Source of the DNA: Epiperipatus broadwayi
Taxonomy: Eukaryota; Animalia; Onychophora
Reading direction: 5' to 3'
DNA: 64,000 nt
NCBI GenBank assembly: GCA_028023455.1
Contig: JAQFVV010000007.1
Coordinates: 10,168,001-10,232,000 of the forward strand
Shown here: in pieces, positions 26,131 to 39,909 of the stretch
Position numbering within the stretch: position 1 is the stretch's first letter
How the letters are laid out: each line of letters begins with the position of its first letter
Program-made: the position numbers and the translations under genes
Notes under the pieces: model-generated
The model's input: only the letters and a program-made list of their open reading frames with translations
What the model was told of the DNA's origin: nothing
The model's database searches: none

Positions 26131-26642
26131 ATTATTCCTCAATTAAATACCACAAATATAATACCACCTAACATCAGATTTTCCAATGGCACTACTTTGA
26201 TATCGTTTACATTGTTGTGATTTACCATCTATTTAAAATCTTAGTGGCAGAATGAATTTTTTTTTCATTTTCAATCTGCTTGATTTGGAACTTTATAATA
26301 ATCTGGTAATTCTGATGGAAAGTTTATCATTAGATATTGGAATATTATTGTACTTAATTTTAACATAATGTTATGCTTAATTTATTTTTTTATATTGAGA
26401 GTTATAATTGGTTTTCAAGAGTATTAAAATGATTATTAATAAATCTTATCTTGCAAATTTAAAATAAAAAGTTGATTAACAAAACTTGGTTCAATATCTT
26501 TGCTCATTTAATTCATTCCTTTTGGGTTACATTATTCGGAGTTATTGTCTGTTAAAATCTTAGTGGCAAAAAGGATTTAGTTTTATGTTTTCTCTCTGAT
26601 TGATTTGGAATTTTGTAAGATTGTTAGTAAGTGATATATATA

Positions 26643-27062
26643 TATAATTAGAGGCGATTTGAACCCAGACTTTCAAGCTTCCTTAAATCATCCACTCCAT
26701 CTTATACAACCAATACATATGATCACATACATATGAAAAAGATAAATGTTTCCAATTTGTTTTCTCTGCCATTTATATGTGTGTGTGTGGTGAAAAAGCA
26801 ATATTTTTCATATGTTGTTGTCAGTTTAGTTGTTAAGTGGGATGTGCTAGAGCTTAAAGTCCGGTTCAAATCTTTTAAATTACACCTAGATTAAAATTTT
26901 TATAATATACTTGTTTTAAATTTTATATATATAATTTTTAATTATAAGGGTTTGAACACAGCTTCAAGATAGAGTGAATAGCTGAAGGAAGCTTGGAAGT
27001 CTGTATTCAAATCCCTATAATTACAATTACAATTCAGGTATATAAAGTATGCCTGTATTTCT
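26643..27062. mobile_element. Two adjacent decayed family A hairpins (26643-26882 and 26941-27062)
   Basis: GATTTGAACCCAGACTTTCAAGC...GCTTAAAGTCCGGTTCAAATC, and GGTTTGAACACAGC...GGAAGTCTGTATTCAAATCCCTATA followed by the same 3' extension seen at 385-420. Confidence 0.7.
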
Positions 27063-27271
27063 AATAATCTATTAATTGTTATTTATTTATGTCTTCTATA
27101 AAAAAATTATAGAAGATTACAGTCTTACATAATGTAATGTTTGATGAAAAATCAACTACTGTAATTTCATTTGGATATGTTTTTGTCAATCATATTTGAT
27201 ACCACCAGCTTCCTGTGGGCCAGTCATCAAACATAACATCTCAAAATGTTATAGGTGTATATATTATATAG

Positions 27272-27776
27272 CAGGGATGGCCAACTTTTGTGTTCACAAG
27301 ATCTACTTTTTATTTTAAAAATAGGCGTAATCTAAGTGGAGGAGGTGTAAAATACACACTATTTTTTTTTTTCCATGTGTCAAAAGTATCGGCCGGGAAG
27401 CGAACCTGCAAACCCAGGACATTTTTATACATCAACCTAGTAAAAAATAACAATTATTTAACGAGCCAAAAAACTCATGTCCAGGGGAATTAAAGCAATA
27501 TGAGTAATTATTAACAATATTTATTAATTCAAATTAGCGACATTAAATCAAGATTAAAAATTATTTTCAATAATGATACGGCTTAGTGGACTATCTAGAA
27601 TTGAAAAAAAAAAATTAGAACAAAAACAAAAATAACAAAAAAAACAACAACTTGAAAATCTTGCCTTATCTGTTTCACTCGTTACCCGACAGCTCTTACC
27701 AGATTGGGCTTGCGATCGACCAAAAATGGCTTTCCGATCGACCGGTGGATGACGATCGACTTGTTGTGCACTCCTG
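27272..27776. mobile_element. Non-autonomous hAT (Charlie/SPIN-like) MITE with 8-bp TSD
   Basis: Imperfect TIRs CAGGGATGGCCAAC / GTTGTGCACTCCTG, subterminal GATCGAC repeats, and TTATATAG at 27264-27271 and 27777-27784. Confidence 0.9.
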
Positions 27777-28339
27777 TTATATAGGGTTTGGGATACGCTG
27801 GAAGATTTATAATCAAATGGCAGTGGACATGGGACAATTATTTTTCTGCATAATCTTATATTTAAACCGAGAATTATTTGCAAGATCAAATAATTAAAAA
27901 AATATTAGTTTTAAATAAGTAAAAATGTACGAACTTTTTTTCACTATTTTCATAATAAAAAATAATCATAAGATTAGTAGCTTGGAGGATCATTTAGGCA
28001 TTCATTCTATTGGTCGATTGAACATGACACTTAAGATAAGTTGACTGAACTGAGTTTGTTTTTAATTTCTGTTATTCAGCTGAAAATCTACCATGTAAAT
28101 CTCTTAAGCTTTAAAGCCTGATACATTATAACTGAGCTAAAGCACAGCATATTTATATATTATTTATTTCAAGTATATTTAATAAAATTATGCGAACTAT
28201 GTTAAGTTTATTTATTTTATTAATAAGTTGTTTTATATCCATATATAATCCTTCTAAACACTTTTCTTCTTCCTTTCTTTTATTTTTGCTATTTTCATAT
28301 ACAATATTATTGATAAGGTTAATAAAATTGGGGTAGTAA

Positions 28340-28720
28340 AAAAGGTAAGGTTAGTGTATGATGTATAAAATATCATATGTATAAAAGATAAGAAGTATAA
28401 AATAAAATATTATGGATATTAGAATAATAGGACGATAGGAAAGAGTAAATAATTAAAAATTAGAAAAGTAATTGTATAAAAGAGATATAATATATATTAA
28501 AGAATTTTAAGAAGTTAATAAAAAAATAATATTTTGAGATTGATAAATAGTATAAAATATAAAAATTATGTAGTGGTTTTTTGTTTGTGTTTTGATGAGT
28601 CTGATGAAGAAGGTCATAAAACGTAATTATAATAATATAAAAATTATTTGAATTGCATATTACAATACTTATAGCTTTTTTTAAGAGTGTGTGTTGTTTC
28701 TTCCCTTAAAAAAGCGTTAA
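28340..28720 (+). mobile_element. Possible Penelope-like 3' end with degenerate hammerhead
   Basis: A-rich decayed coding-like stretch (DIRIIGR..LEK), then CTGATGA(28601)-AGAAGGTCAT-AAAA-CG-TA. Confidence 0.35.
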
Positions 28721-31079
28721 TGAAATATGCTATTTATCTTATCTCTCTACTTCCTTTTACCATTTTTATGGTTTTAGTTTTAGAATTATATTTTAACTTC
28801 GTCTCTATTTTTAGAAAAGAAAGTTATCAATTGGGTTACTTATCTTAGGTAAGAAAATATAAGTTAACATATTTTTATCTAAAGTAACCCCTTTAAGTTC
28901 GGCTACAATCAAGGGCGGAATCCTCTAGTGCTCTCATCCAGATAGGGTTTTGTAATTCGCTTTTTTCCAGATAGGGTTTATGGTTCTTTGTTGCTCTTGT
29001 TAGCCATGCTCTATGGGTTTTGTTTTTTGTTGTTTTTAAAGTGTATACAGTTGTCCAAAATCTTCTTTAGAGATAAATTATCCTATAAAATAAAATAAAC
29101 TTACTTGTGTAATCTCAAAGTTCAGTGCTTTTTGATGCATAGTTGTTCTAATAAAAAGTGGTTGTCAAGCCCTGTCCTTTACAATCATCTTACAGATGGT
29201 AGTTTTACAAAATTTTTGGTACTAGCTTCTGGGTTATGGTTATGCTAAATATACTTGTTTATCTTTTGTAGTTATTTTTTTCTTTTTTTTCCATCAAAAA
29301 TATTGCATTCAATTTTGGCTGTTTTCTCCATGGTTTTCAAGGGTGTGTGCATGTGCAAAAATATTCGATGTGCTCAAATAGTCTGGATTAATAAATAAAA
29401 ATATGTAAATTGAGTCATAAAATATCAATCTTTTAATTATAAATAATAAAATTTATAATTAAAGCAATTTAAAATTAATTAGTTCAAAATATGAAGAAGA
29501 AAGAGGATATAGGCAAATATAAATACTACTCAGAAAGCTAATAATATCAGTGTCAGAATAAACCAAAATCAAAAATAAAAAATAATTTAACTTTTATGGA
29601 TTCCTCCTTTAGTCTGGCCCAAAAAAAAGTCTCAAATGTCAAAGAGAGATTAAAAAAATACAAAAATTCAAAACAAAAGAAAGAGTTCTATAAAGCACAA
29701 ATTGCCTCTACGTATCCCTTTTGCAGGATAAACTATTCAATTGCAGAATGTTTTGTCGTTGTCATATAATGATAAAATGTATTTTGGCAAGAAGTAGAAG
29801 TTGAAATAAATAAAATTCCTCTCTCCAATGATACTATTAGTTAAAATATTGATGTTTGGAAAATATAATCAAAAATTTCAACAAAACTAATAGCCAATTT
29901 TTGCACAAATAGACAATTGAAAGATATCACAGAAAACATGTTTGTCCTTCTGATGGGTTCATTATAATTTTATTTTGTCATTGCAGTTGGAAGAAAAATA
30001 TTTATTGATTTAAAAAATATCTGTTCTATAGGCTTTGGCAGTTGATCCATCAAGGTCGGACGGTTTGCAAAACAAAATATCTGTTTCCACTGCTTTCGCT
30101 TTGGGCTAAAACCCCGGTTAAGGTTAAGTAAAAAGTTACAAGAAAAGCAATTTTTTTCAAGTTATGTGCACGGGGAGCTAATTACGTGTTTATATTGCTA
30201 ATGAAGTTCTGTTTATAGAGGAAGTGTTTTGTGTGTGTGTGGTATTTGAGTTGAGAGAACTTTGTATATTTTTTAAAAAAGAAAAAGTAGCAAAAAAAAA
30301 ATTTATAAGGTTTGAACAATGAAGGGGTGTCCAACGCTTACCTAGAACTATTTGCCCTCTTAACATTTAAATAAAGCAAGGAAAAACAAAACATATATGA
30401 CAGATAATCTGTATTTAAGAAAAGTTATGTTTGAAAAACATGGAAATCTTTCCTTTAAATTTTAACTTAAAATTTTCTTGGTGGAAAACCTTGGTCCGTT
30501 CAGAAGGCAATTAGTAAATACTTTACAGTGATTCAAACAGATAAACATGATTGGATTCGAAATCCTTTTGTTGGAAATACATTAGACTTCAATCTTTGCC
30601 TTAAAAAAGAGGAAGAACTGATTACCCTCTCATCGGATTGAAGATTAAAAATAAAACATTTGGAACTTCCACTGGTATTTTTGGATATTATTAAGAGATA
30701 ATATCAAATTATTTAAAAAAAATAAATATTTTATTTTTTTGATCGTATTTATGAAGTTAGGTTTTCAATTCTCATTAATATAAAAAATAATAGCGATCAC
30801 GAAAATCCAAGAAGAAAGTGTCTACAGAAATAAGATCAGATATAGAAGAACACACATTTCATCAATACTTTACATTATTGCTTTTATTACAAAATCTGTT
30901 GTTTACATAAGTATTAAATATTAGTCAATTAAAAGTTGTCATTATTTTTAGTTTTCTTTTTTTTATTTTAAGCAATAATCGATATCCTACTTGTAATTTT
31001 TTTATACAAATTTTTCTATGTGTGTAAATTTAATAATTAAAAGTTTATTATTTATTACACTTACGTTCTTTTCTGTTTA

Positions 31080-31900
31080 ATAGTGGTTTGATAGTTTTAC
31101 TCAAAATTGTCTTTGTTTTTTATTTAGAAGTTATTTTTTTATGACAAAGGGGAAAAATATTTCTTAGTATGTGGTGAGATAAAAGTTGGAAATAGTTTTA
31201 AGTAAATTTATGTTAGTGTGTTCTTGGTTAAAGTATTAAAGGCTTTTTTTGAAACTATGTTATGCCTTAAAGTTATTGTTGTGAACAGTAAATTATGTTA
31301 TCATGAATATTTATTAGAATAGCCTGGAAATTTGGAGAGAGAAATTGTTTTAAAATTTTTTAAAAAATAATGTTATTTCTAGCAATTTATCTGTCTACTC
31401 CTTGAAATACTAAGGAAATGGTTGAGTATATATGGAATAGTAGGTATAAAATTGTTAGTGAAAAAGGAATAAAGAAGATTTATGAAGAAAAATTATTTTG
31501 AGAATTTGTTTATTAGAATTTGTCTATTTTAGAAGAAAAGAGTTCTTATGTGAATATTGTGGTTAAAGTATTTATTTAGTGTGGTAGGTTTTAAGTATTC
31601 TGTTTTATTATTATTACATGTTGTAAAAAGAAATATAAAATTTGTAAATAATATGGTTTATTGGGAGTCAATTGTATTTGAATATCTATTTATTCTATTG
31701 CCTAGTTAAATTGGGGTTGTTTGGGGTTTTTACCTTTTTGTCCACATATTATGTATCTGTTTATTTATGAATTAAAGGTTGTTTATAAAGGATATGGAAA
31801 GAGAGTATTAAAGATGTTAGTGTTTTGAAGTTTTCTCTACTAGTTAATAAAAAAATTTGCTTAATAATGTTGTTATATATCTCTTTAGTTGAAAAATAAT
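31080..31900 (-). mobile_element. Decayed Penelope-like element, RT palm/thumb region
   Basis: Minus-strand YVDK (31737-31748), YLKPTTLNKYFNHNIH (about 31580; compare YRKPT..YL..SxHP) and QISRLF..NN, in PLE order. Confidence 0.55.
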
Positions 31901-31939
31901 ATGTAGTTTGTTTAAAATAATAATAATATTTTTATGTAA

Positions 31940-32290
31940 AAGTCTACTGAACTAAAATGTAGAAAATAAAAGATTGAATAAAAAGTAAAAAACTGAATCT
32001 CAATTAATTTGCATTCTTGAAAATATCAGAGATCTTAAGAATCTAGATTTGTTATAAAAAACTGAAATTGCAGGAATATTGTATTTAAAAAGACATTTGA
32101 GCTCAAATAAATAAAAACAAAAGTGTAAAGTTATAAAATACAATATTTCTGAAGTTCCAATTGTTTAGAAGGTATTAATTCTTAAAATCTCTGATATTTT
32201 CCAAGAATGTGAATTACAAGATTCAGTTTTTTCACTTTTTAGTAGATTACTTTGTTATTTTTATATTTTTTAGTCAGCTAGTAGTGTTTA
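31940..32290. repeat. Foldback / inverted repeat without recognisable hammerhead
   Basis: AAAAACTGAATCT..CATTCTTGAAAATATCAGAGATCTTAAGAAT pairs with ATTCTTAAAATCTCTGATATTTTCCAAGAATG..AGATTCAGTTTTT. Confidence 0.75.
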
Positions 32291-32984
32291 TATAAAGGCA
32301 TTATTTAAAAAAAAATTTTTTTACGTATTATTTTGTTAAAACTAAAAAAAAAATCTGTCTGAGCAAATTTCAAAAATGTAGAAAATGAAAAAACATAAGA
32401 CAAATTAATAAAAAAGCAATTATAAAAAGATTAATTTCCTTCCATTTGTGCATAAAATATTTTTTTAAAAATAATCAAATAGCTTTATTAGTGCTGAAAG
32501 TAATAGAGCTAAGGACAAACCATGGACTTTAAATTTTTAAATTTGCCGTATGTGATATGAGTTTCATAGTACAATAATAATGCATTTGTCTATTATGCTT
32601 ATAACCTAGGTTTAAATCCAGGCTAAATAACACTTGGATTTTTCATTTCAAGCTCTGCTTAGGATTTTTTTCCATCTAGCTGGCCCATAGATAGCTAAGA
32701 TAGATAATCAACATTGGTCAGTAAATGGGTGTCTAGCTATTTTTATTTAGAAAGTAAAACAAGAATGGGAGATCATTCAATCATTCACCTAATATTTGGT
32801 GAGCCCATTGAGTAATGCTTAAAGTAAAGCAGTGTAGGTCTATTTTATCACATCTACACAGCGTGACCCCATTAAAGAGTGACTAGTTCTCTTTTTCAGT
32901 TGCACTAATATTATTTCTGAATCACCACATGCATACATAGTAACATAGTTTAGCTATGCACTGCTAAACTTTTAAGGTTATCTG

Positions 32985-33230
32985 AATCTTAATCTATCAT
33001 TAACTTTTGTTTTAAATTGAGTAAAACTGTTACTGAAATATCAGAAATGATTCAGTTTCAAGAACATTTTCAAATGATTTGCAAAATTTTGAGATGGCTT
33101 AAAGAGCATTGAAGATGATCTGCGAAGATCATCACATGTCATAATTCATAATCCAGACATGCTAGTGCTTTTAAATTTTTTTATAGTTAGATAGCCAAAC
33201 TATGTAGCTATGTATACATAGGTGGGGCTA
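32985..33230 (+). mobile_element. Mariner N-terminal relic
   Basis: INFCFKLSKTVTEISEMI, then F.DGLKSIEDD. Confidence 0.65.
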
Positions 33231-34888
33231 CAGGAAGCTTGGAGAGAGAACCAGTAACCTTTTCACACACACACACACTAAGGTACATATAATCTGATTT
33301 GAAATGAATTTTTATATTTCAAAATTGTTAAAATAAAATCTCTGATAAGTTGCAAATCCAATTAAATAGTAATTTAAGATGGAACAGTTTTCTGAAAGCA
33401 AAATATCTACAGTAATAAAAAACCAAATGGATCATTAATTTTTTTTCATTAATTATAGAATAGATCAGAAGACATATCTCTTTATTAGTACTACATTTTA
33501 TCAACCAGTTTGTAAGATGATATCTAAACTTTAATCCCACATTTCTCAATACTACATCACTCCTTCTAAAAAAATTAAATAACGTCAAGACAGAGATCAA
33601 ACTCACCCACCACCTCATATTTTTGCAATTACATGGAATCTGATATCATTAACAACAGTCCAGTGACTTGGCTACTGAATACATTAATTAATATGAGTTA
33701 GATATATATTGATTATTGTTCAATTATTATTATTATTATTATTATTGATTATTACTTTTCTACTCGAAATCTCTTTTGTTTCAACAAGACTTGTAAACAA
33801 TCTACTAAATAATAAAGTTAATTTAATACTAAATATGAACGTTTTTATTATTATCGTAAAACATTGTATAAATACAATGCTGATATAGGGGGAAAAAAGA
33901 GTTTAGTTATAATAATAATAATAGCAACAACAACAAAAATTGGAATAAAAGATAATTTTCAAAAATACTGCTAGATTATCCCTCTATCTCCAGGTCTCAA
34001 TTTTTATTATTCTTTTGAAAGTATTATTTTACAGTCAGCAATGCTAGTAATTAAAGTTTTTCTTCCTTGCTTCAATTCTATTAGGAATTTTATTTAATTT
34101 TAAATCAGTTCAAAATGAATCCACATTTATTCTTAACAGATAAATGTCTTTATTAATTTCTTCTTGTTAAATTTTCGGTTTTACGATTATTTTTCTTTTC
34201 ATTTTATCGTTTTATTCATTTGTTTATTAAAAAAAAAAAAAGAGTTAAATTGGCTAAAAAAATATGTTCTTTTAAATTCTTCACTCTATCATTTTTTATT
34301 TTCCAGCGATTCGTCATCTCTATTTAGTAAATAAAAATTGTTGGGGGAAGGAATTGCAAAATGTGGTGATTATCCCAATTATTTCTATTCTGAATGAGGG
34401 CTGTCACAATTGGTTCTGGATTGAAGCATTCTTGTCGCGTTGTCCTGAAAAGGGTATCTTGAACAGTATGAGTCAGAGTTCTATCTTAGCTAAAGTTGGT
34501 ATTCTAGGCCTTAGTTATTGTATTGGGAAGGTATGACAGTCGAAAAAAATTAAAAGCGATGGGAAGGAAAGGGGGAGAGATAATATTATCTCTCTTAAAT
34601 ATATATTAAAATTATCAGATTGTCGATGTATACATATTTTCAGTTTTTGCTGTTATTTAAAAAAAAAAAAAAAAAACGTTTGATGATGTCATAGTCAGAT
34701 GAAAAGAAATTAGAAAATAGAATGATAATGATAAACTTGATTTAAACTTTTTTTAAAATAAAAAACATTTCGTATGTATATGTCTGTATATATATATACG
34801 TGTTAGTTACGCATACATGGAATGTTGCAAAAATTATTACGTAAAATGAATATTTAAATATATGTATATTATTCATACTAACTTAAGG

Positions 34889-35314
34889 TAATTATAAGGG
34901 ACTTGAACTCAGACCTTCAAACTTCCCACAGCTATCCAATCCATCTTATACAACGGATACACATGACTATATATATGTGAAAAAGATTAATGAACTCCAA
35001 TATAAGTATTTCATGCTGAACCAGTACTCATCAGTTGGTCCAGATCAACATCATCTCCCACACCTACATACAATAACTGCTCAGTTTATATTAGGATAAC
35101 AAATCTTCAACCTTTAATGGATAGGCTTCAACACTTTCCGTTGTCCAACTCTTCAACCATCTGGACCAACTGAGGAGTGCTGGTTCAGCATGAAATACGG
35201 ATATTGGGGATCATTTATGTTTTTCACACGTATATGGGCATGTATATCAGTTTTATAAGATGGATTGAATAGCTGCAGGGAGTTTGAAAGTCCGAGTTCA
35301 AGTCCTTTATAATT
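34889..35314. mobile_element. Family A head-to-head inverted dimer with two near-intact hammerheads
   Basis: Plus: ACCAA-CTGAGGA(35170)-GTGCT-GGTTC-AGCAT-GAAA-TACGGA-TA-TTGG. Minus core at 35028-35034: CTGATGA-GTACT-GGTTC-AGCAT-GAAA-TACTTA-TA-TTGG. Confidence 0.9.
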
Positions 35315-35369
35315 AAGTAAAAGTAAGAAAGTAGAACTAAGGATAGATAATAAAAAGACTGAAGTAATG

Positions 35370-35960
35370 TTCAATGGATTTTTTTCAAAAGAAAAAAAAT
35401 AGATTGAAAATTATAAATTAAAAGAAGTTAACAACTACAAATATCTTAGACAGATGGATATATAATTGATGAAATTAATCATAGAATTAAACTTGGATAG
35501 AGTGCTTTTAGTATAAATAATTTACTATTATTATGAATTATGCCTATGTCTTTGAGAAAAAAAAGAGGGCAGGGGTTAATAGATAGATTTTATTAGTTTT
35601 TATTTATGGATCTGAGACTTCGGCACTTAATTGAAAACCACTGAGCACAATTTGAAAAGATATGTGTTAGAAATAACAAAAACCAATCACAAACAAAATA
35701 CCTGGTTGAGAAAATAAACAGATATTATTATTATTATTATTATTATCATTAAAAATGTAAAGACCGAAATGAAACTGAGTTGAGTTTATTGATAAAAGAA
35801 ACGATTGAAATTTTAAAACAAATCTTAAGAGATTGTAAAAGACCTAGAAAAAGACAACATATGAGATAGTTGATGAAATGGAGGGTGGGTGTTCATGTGA
35901 AGTGGAGAAATTAAGGATCAGAGTATTTGAATTAAAATTGGTGAGTCCTTGATTCTGCAG
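35370..35960 (+). mobile_element. RTE RT C-terminal relic
   Basis: KYLRQ.., DEINHRIKLG and IYGSET..L motifs; homologous to 4297-4890. Confidence 0.75.
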
Positions 35961-36539
35961 TGAAACAATCATGGATGATAACGACAGTGTTTTGTTTATA
36001 TTTTATTTTACTAGAGTTTCTCCATCAACTTCTAGATATGCACTTAAAAAAAAAAGGAAGATATTTAAAACTGAAGAAATTCACGAAGAAGGATGTTTTA
36101 ACTTTTATGAGCTGCTACTTCTTCCTAATTTGCAAGATGTTGACCATAAAGATAATTTGGAATGGGAAAACAATTTTATATTGCACATCAATTCAAAACT
36201 TTATTTAATTAATAAAGAAAACATTAAATATTGCATGGACTGGAATATAGATATTTTAGTTATTTGTCTATTACATTTTATTCTTTCGTAAATATTTAAT
36301 ACCTGTAATTAAATTTTTTAAAGCCGAGTAAAGAAACTTGGCTAATTGTAAGCGTGCAACAATTAAAAATAAAGCACAGGCCCCCTAGTATAGTTATATG
36401 GATATAAATTTAAATATATATGAAGAATGATCTGGGGAAAAAACTTATAGCTAGTAAAGGGTTATTATTTTTTATGAGAATTAAGTGATTTGAAATTTAG
36501 ACTGACCTTAAAAGAAAAAAAATGTTAAATTCAAAGTGG

Positions 36540-36760
36540 TCTCCAATTTTCTTTCATTGCTTTTCAGTTCTGAAGCACTAAACATCATTTTCTTTGGTCT
36601 TTCTTCTCCAGGGAATAGTCTTGGTAATTGTCTCGCCTATAGCATTTACAGCTTTAATTTTAAATGTACTTTAGACTTTACACTTTCTTCCGCTCTTAAA
36701 AGTGTTGTGTCTTGTCTTTTGATTAAAACAATAAAGTATAGATTGGCAGATTTTATCATA
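36540..36760 (-). mobile_element. RTE RT fragment
   Basis: Homologous to the RQGDSISPKLFTAML region at about 23210-23280. Confidence 0.55.
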
Positions 36761-36849
36761 TGAACTTGAATTCAAATGTTAAAAAAAAAAATTTTTTTTC
36801 ATAATTGTTTATATACTTAATAATTTGGAAGAACAACTAATTTTACTTA

Positions 36850-37055
36850 TCAGCAAGCATCACATGATCACATCTCCAATACTAGCACATAATTGTTTAT
36901 AAACAAAGCAAAGCAAAACTCCATATAGTAATGCCTTCTGGCGTCCATTGATTACTCTGTTTAGCACAGGTGGCACTACTATATGGAGTTTTGCTTTGCT
37001 TTGTTTAATTTTACTTATGTTGAATAGTTTAAGTTACATTAATGATCACGTGATA
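36850..37055. repeat. Family B hairpin without hammerhead
   Basis: AAACAAAGCAAAGCAAAACTCCATATAGTA...TACTATATGGAGTTTTGCTTTGCTTTGTTT. Confidence 0.8.
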
Positions 37056-37399
37056 AAATTTGAAAAAATATATATAAAGCTCTCTTGTATATTTGTCCCC
37101 AGAAGTGAGACTGTGAATCACTGCACTAGGCGCCAATTAAAATAACCACTACAATGAGATATTATGATTGAATATAAGTATCATATATTATCCGAATTTA
37201 TCTGTATACACTCATATTATTAATGTATTGGTATTTCGATTGAGTCGTACCAGCCTTTAATTGGGTTAGTGAATGTTATTATAAAAAGCATTGTAGTATT
37301 GATATACAATTAAGATTAAAAGTTCAACCAATAAAAAACAAGAACAGAAAAATTAAAAAAATATAATGGCTGGAATGAAATGGAAAAAAAACAACAATA

Positions 37400-38200
37400 T
37401 AAAAATCAGAAGCCATTCAGATTAGTGGGTTTTAATATTTTTCCACTTGGAATATAGTTTACATGCCACATTTGTTGATACAATCTAACCATTTAAGGAT
37501 TTCGTTGGTATCTATGATTTTACATTGGTGGATAGAGTCACAGCTGGATAGAATCATGATGTTTGAAAAATCTATACTATGACCAGCACTCATAACTGTC
37601 ACATCTCACCTTGCCTTCAAATAATAGATTAGTCCAGTTTCCTTTCTTATTGTGGTCAGATTGAGCATTCATTGCCAATAACTAATGTGTATAGATAAAG
37701 ATAATATATTCCCAATGGCAAGAACAGGCCAATAGACAATGATGCTCACTGGATCCAAATGTTTCTGTTATGATTGGGGATCTGGCAATAAGTAGTCAAC
37801 TCTTTTAAAATGTAAGGGACAGAATAAATGTCAAACCTGAAAGATGATATTAAACCTGAATAACAGTAGCCTAATTCTCCATATATTGTTGATGGAAATA
37901 CCCGATAACCTGACAGCAGTGATTGTTCTCTGGACTATAGCTATTTAGTGAACAATTAATGCAGTGAGGCAAGTCCATGTTTAGAAATGGAAGCTGCAAG
38001 AACCAAAAACAACTCAAGGCAAGCTGTAAATACAGCTGTAAGAGTCACTGTACCTACCCATGAGACAAGCTATTAAGTACAGCTGAAAGTGGGGGTAGAA
38101 AAATCAATAAGGATACATACAATCCTTTCTTTAACCGTTCATGTTAGAACTAGTAGCTATACCCTGTTAGACAGTAGCAGTCAGAGTATAACCATCATTA
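37400..38200 (-). mobile_element. Decayed Penelope-like element, GIY-YIG endonuclease region
   Basis: Minus: VY..CSC..EYI (about 37720), then GHSIDFSNIMILSSCDSIHQCKII..NEILK..CINK (from about 37580), the typical PLE endonuclease C-terminus. Confidence 0.75.
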
Positions 38201-39909
38201 TTTAATTCTGTAAATATTGTAAGTATATTAAAAATTGAGTGAAGTCTGTATCTATATATTACTAATATATATGTTATTAAAACATATCTATACTTGTTTG
38301 TGTTTATATGAGAAATCCAGATTAAACCCAGCCATAGTATTCAGGGATAATGCTGCTACTAATGCATACTACTTAACTTCAGTAATGTAAAACTTTTTTA
38401 TCACTGATGCAATAATTTCTCTAACATCAGGATCTTAATCATATGTGACTATCAATGAAATAACAGAGAAGCCATTGTCATACTTAAAAAATCCAGATTG
38501 TATTAATAAATATAATGATACATGTAAATTACCTTCCATTTGAAATAAAGTTTCAAAACTCATTAATCCAAATTGTTGTTGATTGTTATAATATTATTTC
38601 TTTTGTATTTATTATCTGTCCCCATATTTTTGAAATGTTCAGTTTCTTCTTTTTTATAGATTAAACGTTTAATTATGTTATATATATCAATGCTCATAAA
38701 ACCTTAACAATAGTTTTTTTAATAGAAAATATTCATTAACCAGTTGATGGCTGGTGTTTTCAAGCCAATATATCAGAAATTATAATACACATGAACCTAG
38801 ATAATGTCATTTATATCTACAGGCTGTGGAAAACTTTGCTTTAACTTATAAGCCCTCACTTTCATTGAAAATGATTGAAAGTTTCTCCAGTAAAGCATTG
38901 TTGTACTGGAACTTTAAATGATAGTATTAATATTATCCTAAGTAATGATGACTCATATTTTTTAAACAAAAATAAATTTTGGCACAATCCTTTTATTAAT
39001 GTTAACAAATCAAAAAAAATCTAAAGATACCAGCGTATTACAGACTGCAGCTAAAATCAAAAGACTTCTCTTTTGTTTTTTGATAGCAAAATATTCCCAG
39101 AGAACTTCACATTCTTCTGATCTAGTTTGTATGCAAAGATTTTGAAGTATAATTTAAATAATTGGTTGTAAAATATTTTTGATTGTTTTTATACACTAAT
39201 TGGTTATAATTATAAAAATATTCACAGGCAAACTTCAAAATTTTTCATTTATGTTTTATTTTTTGAAATAGAAGTTAATAAACTTAACTTTAATAAAAAA
39301 AAACAAACAAAAAACAACAGTATATATTTTGTCGTAATCTGTCAAAATTGATTTGTCATTAAAATCATTTAAAATATTGTAATTTTTCTAAGAAAATATT
39401 AAATTTTAAAACAGAATTTGATGACTTATCATAAATCTACCTTCATTCTTTCACCTTAAAAAAAACAAACTTAACAACTTGAGCCCTTGTTTCTTGAGTG
39501 CCCCACGAGTGCAACTATAACCCATGAGTGCAGCTATAATTTAGAATTTTAACAAATCATTGACTTTAAATCACAATTTTGGGTAAATGTTAAGGAGTAC
39601 AGACATGTGGCATACTCCATATTTTTGGTTATTGTATCATCATTTAACAGTGTTTTGGTTTTTTCTATATTTTAAAAATTGTGTTATTTATTAACATTTT
39701 AATGAAATGAGGTTTTTAATTATTTTTTTCTTCAATTTTTTTAAAACTTCTCAAAAAAGAATTAAGGACAATGTTTTTTTTTTTTGCCAAAAATAAAGCT
39801 TATTATTCCAATACATATGCATTGAAGTCAGAGAGCATAGAATCTAAGTAATCAAAATTATATAAAATTGAAGGAATAATCATATTTTTCATATATTTTT
39901 TTTATATAA

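Noticed and set aside
37235-37262. Hammerhead downstream of the 37.4-kb PLE relic (minus CTGGTACGA..TCGAAA)
   Set aside because: The first core half does not fit CTGAnGA; too degenerate to call.
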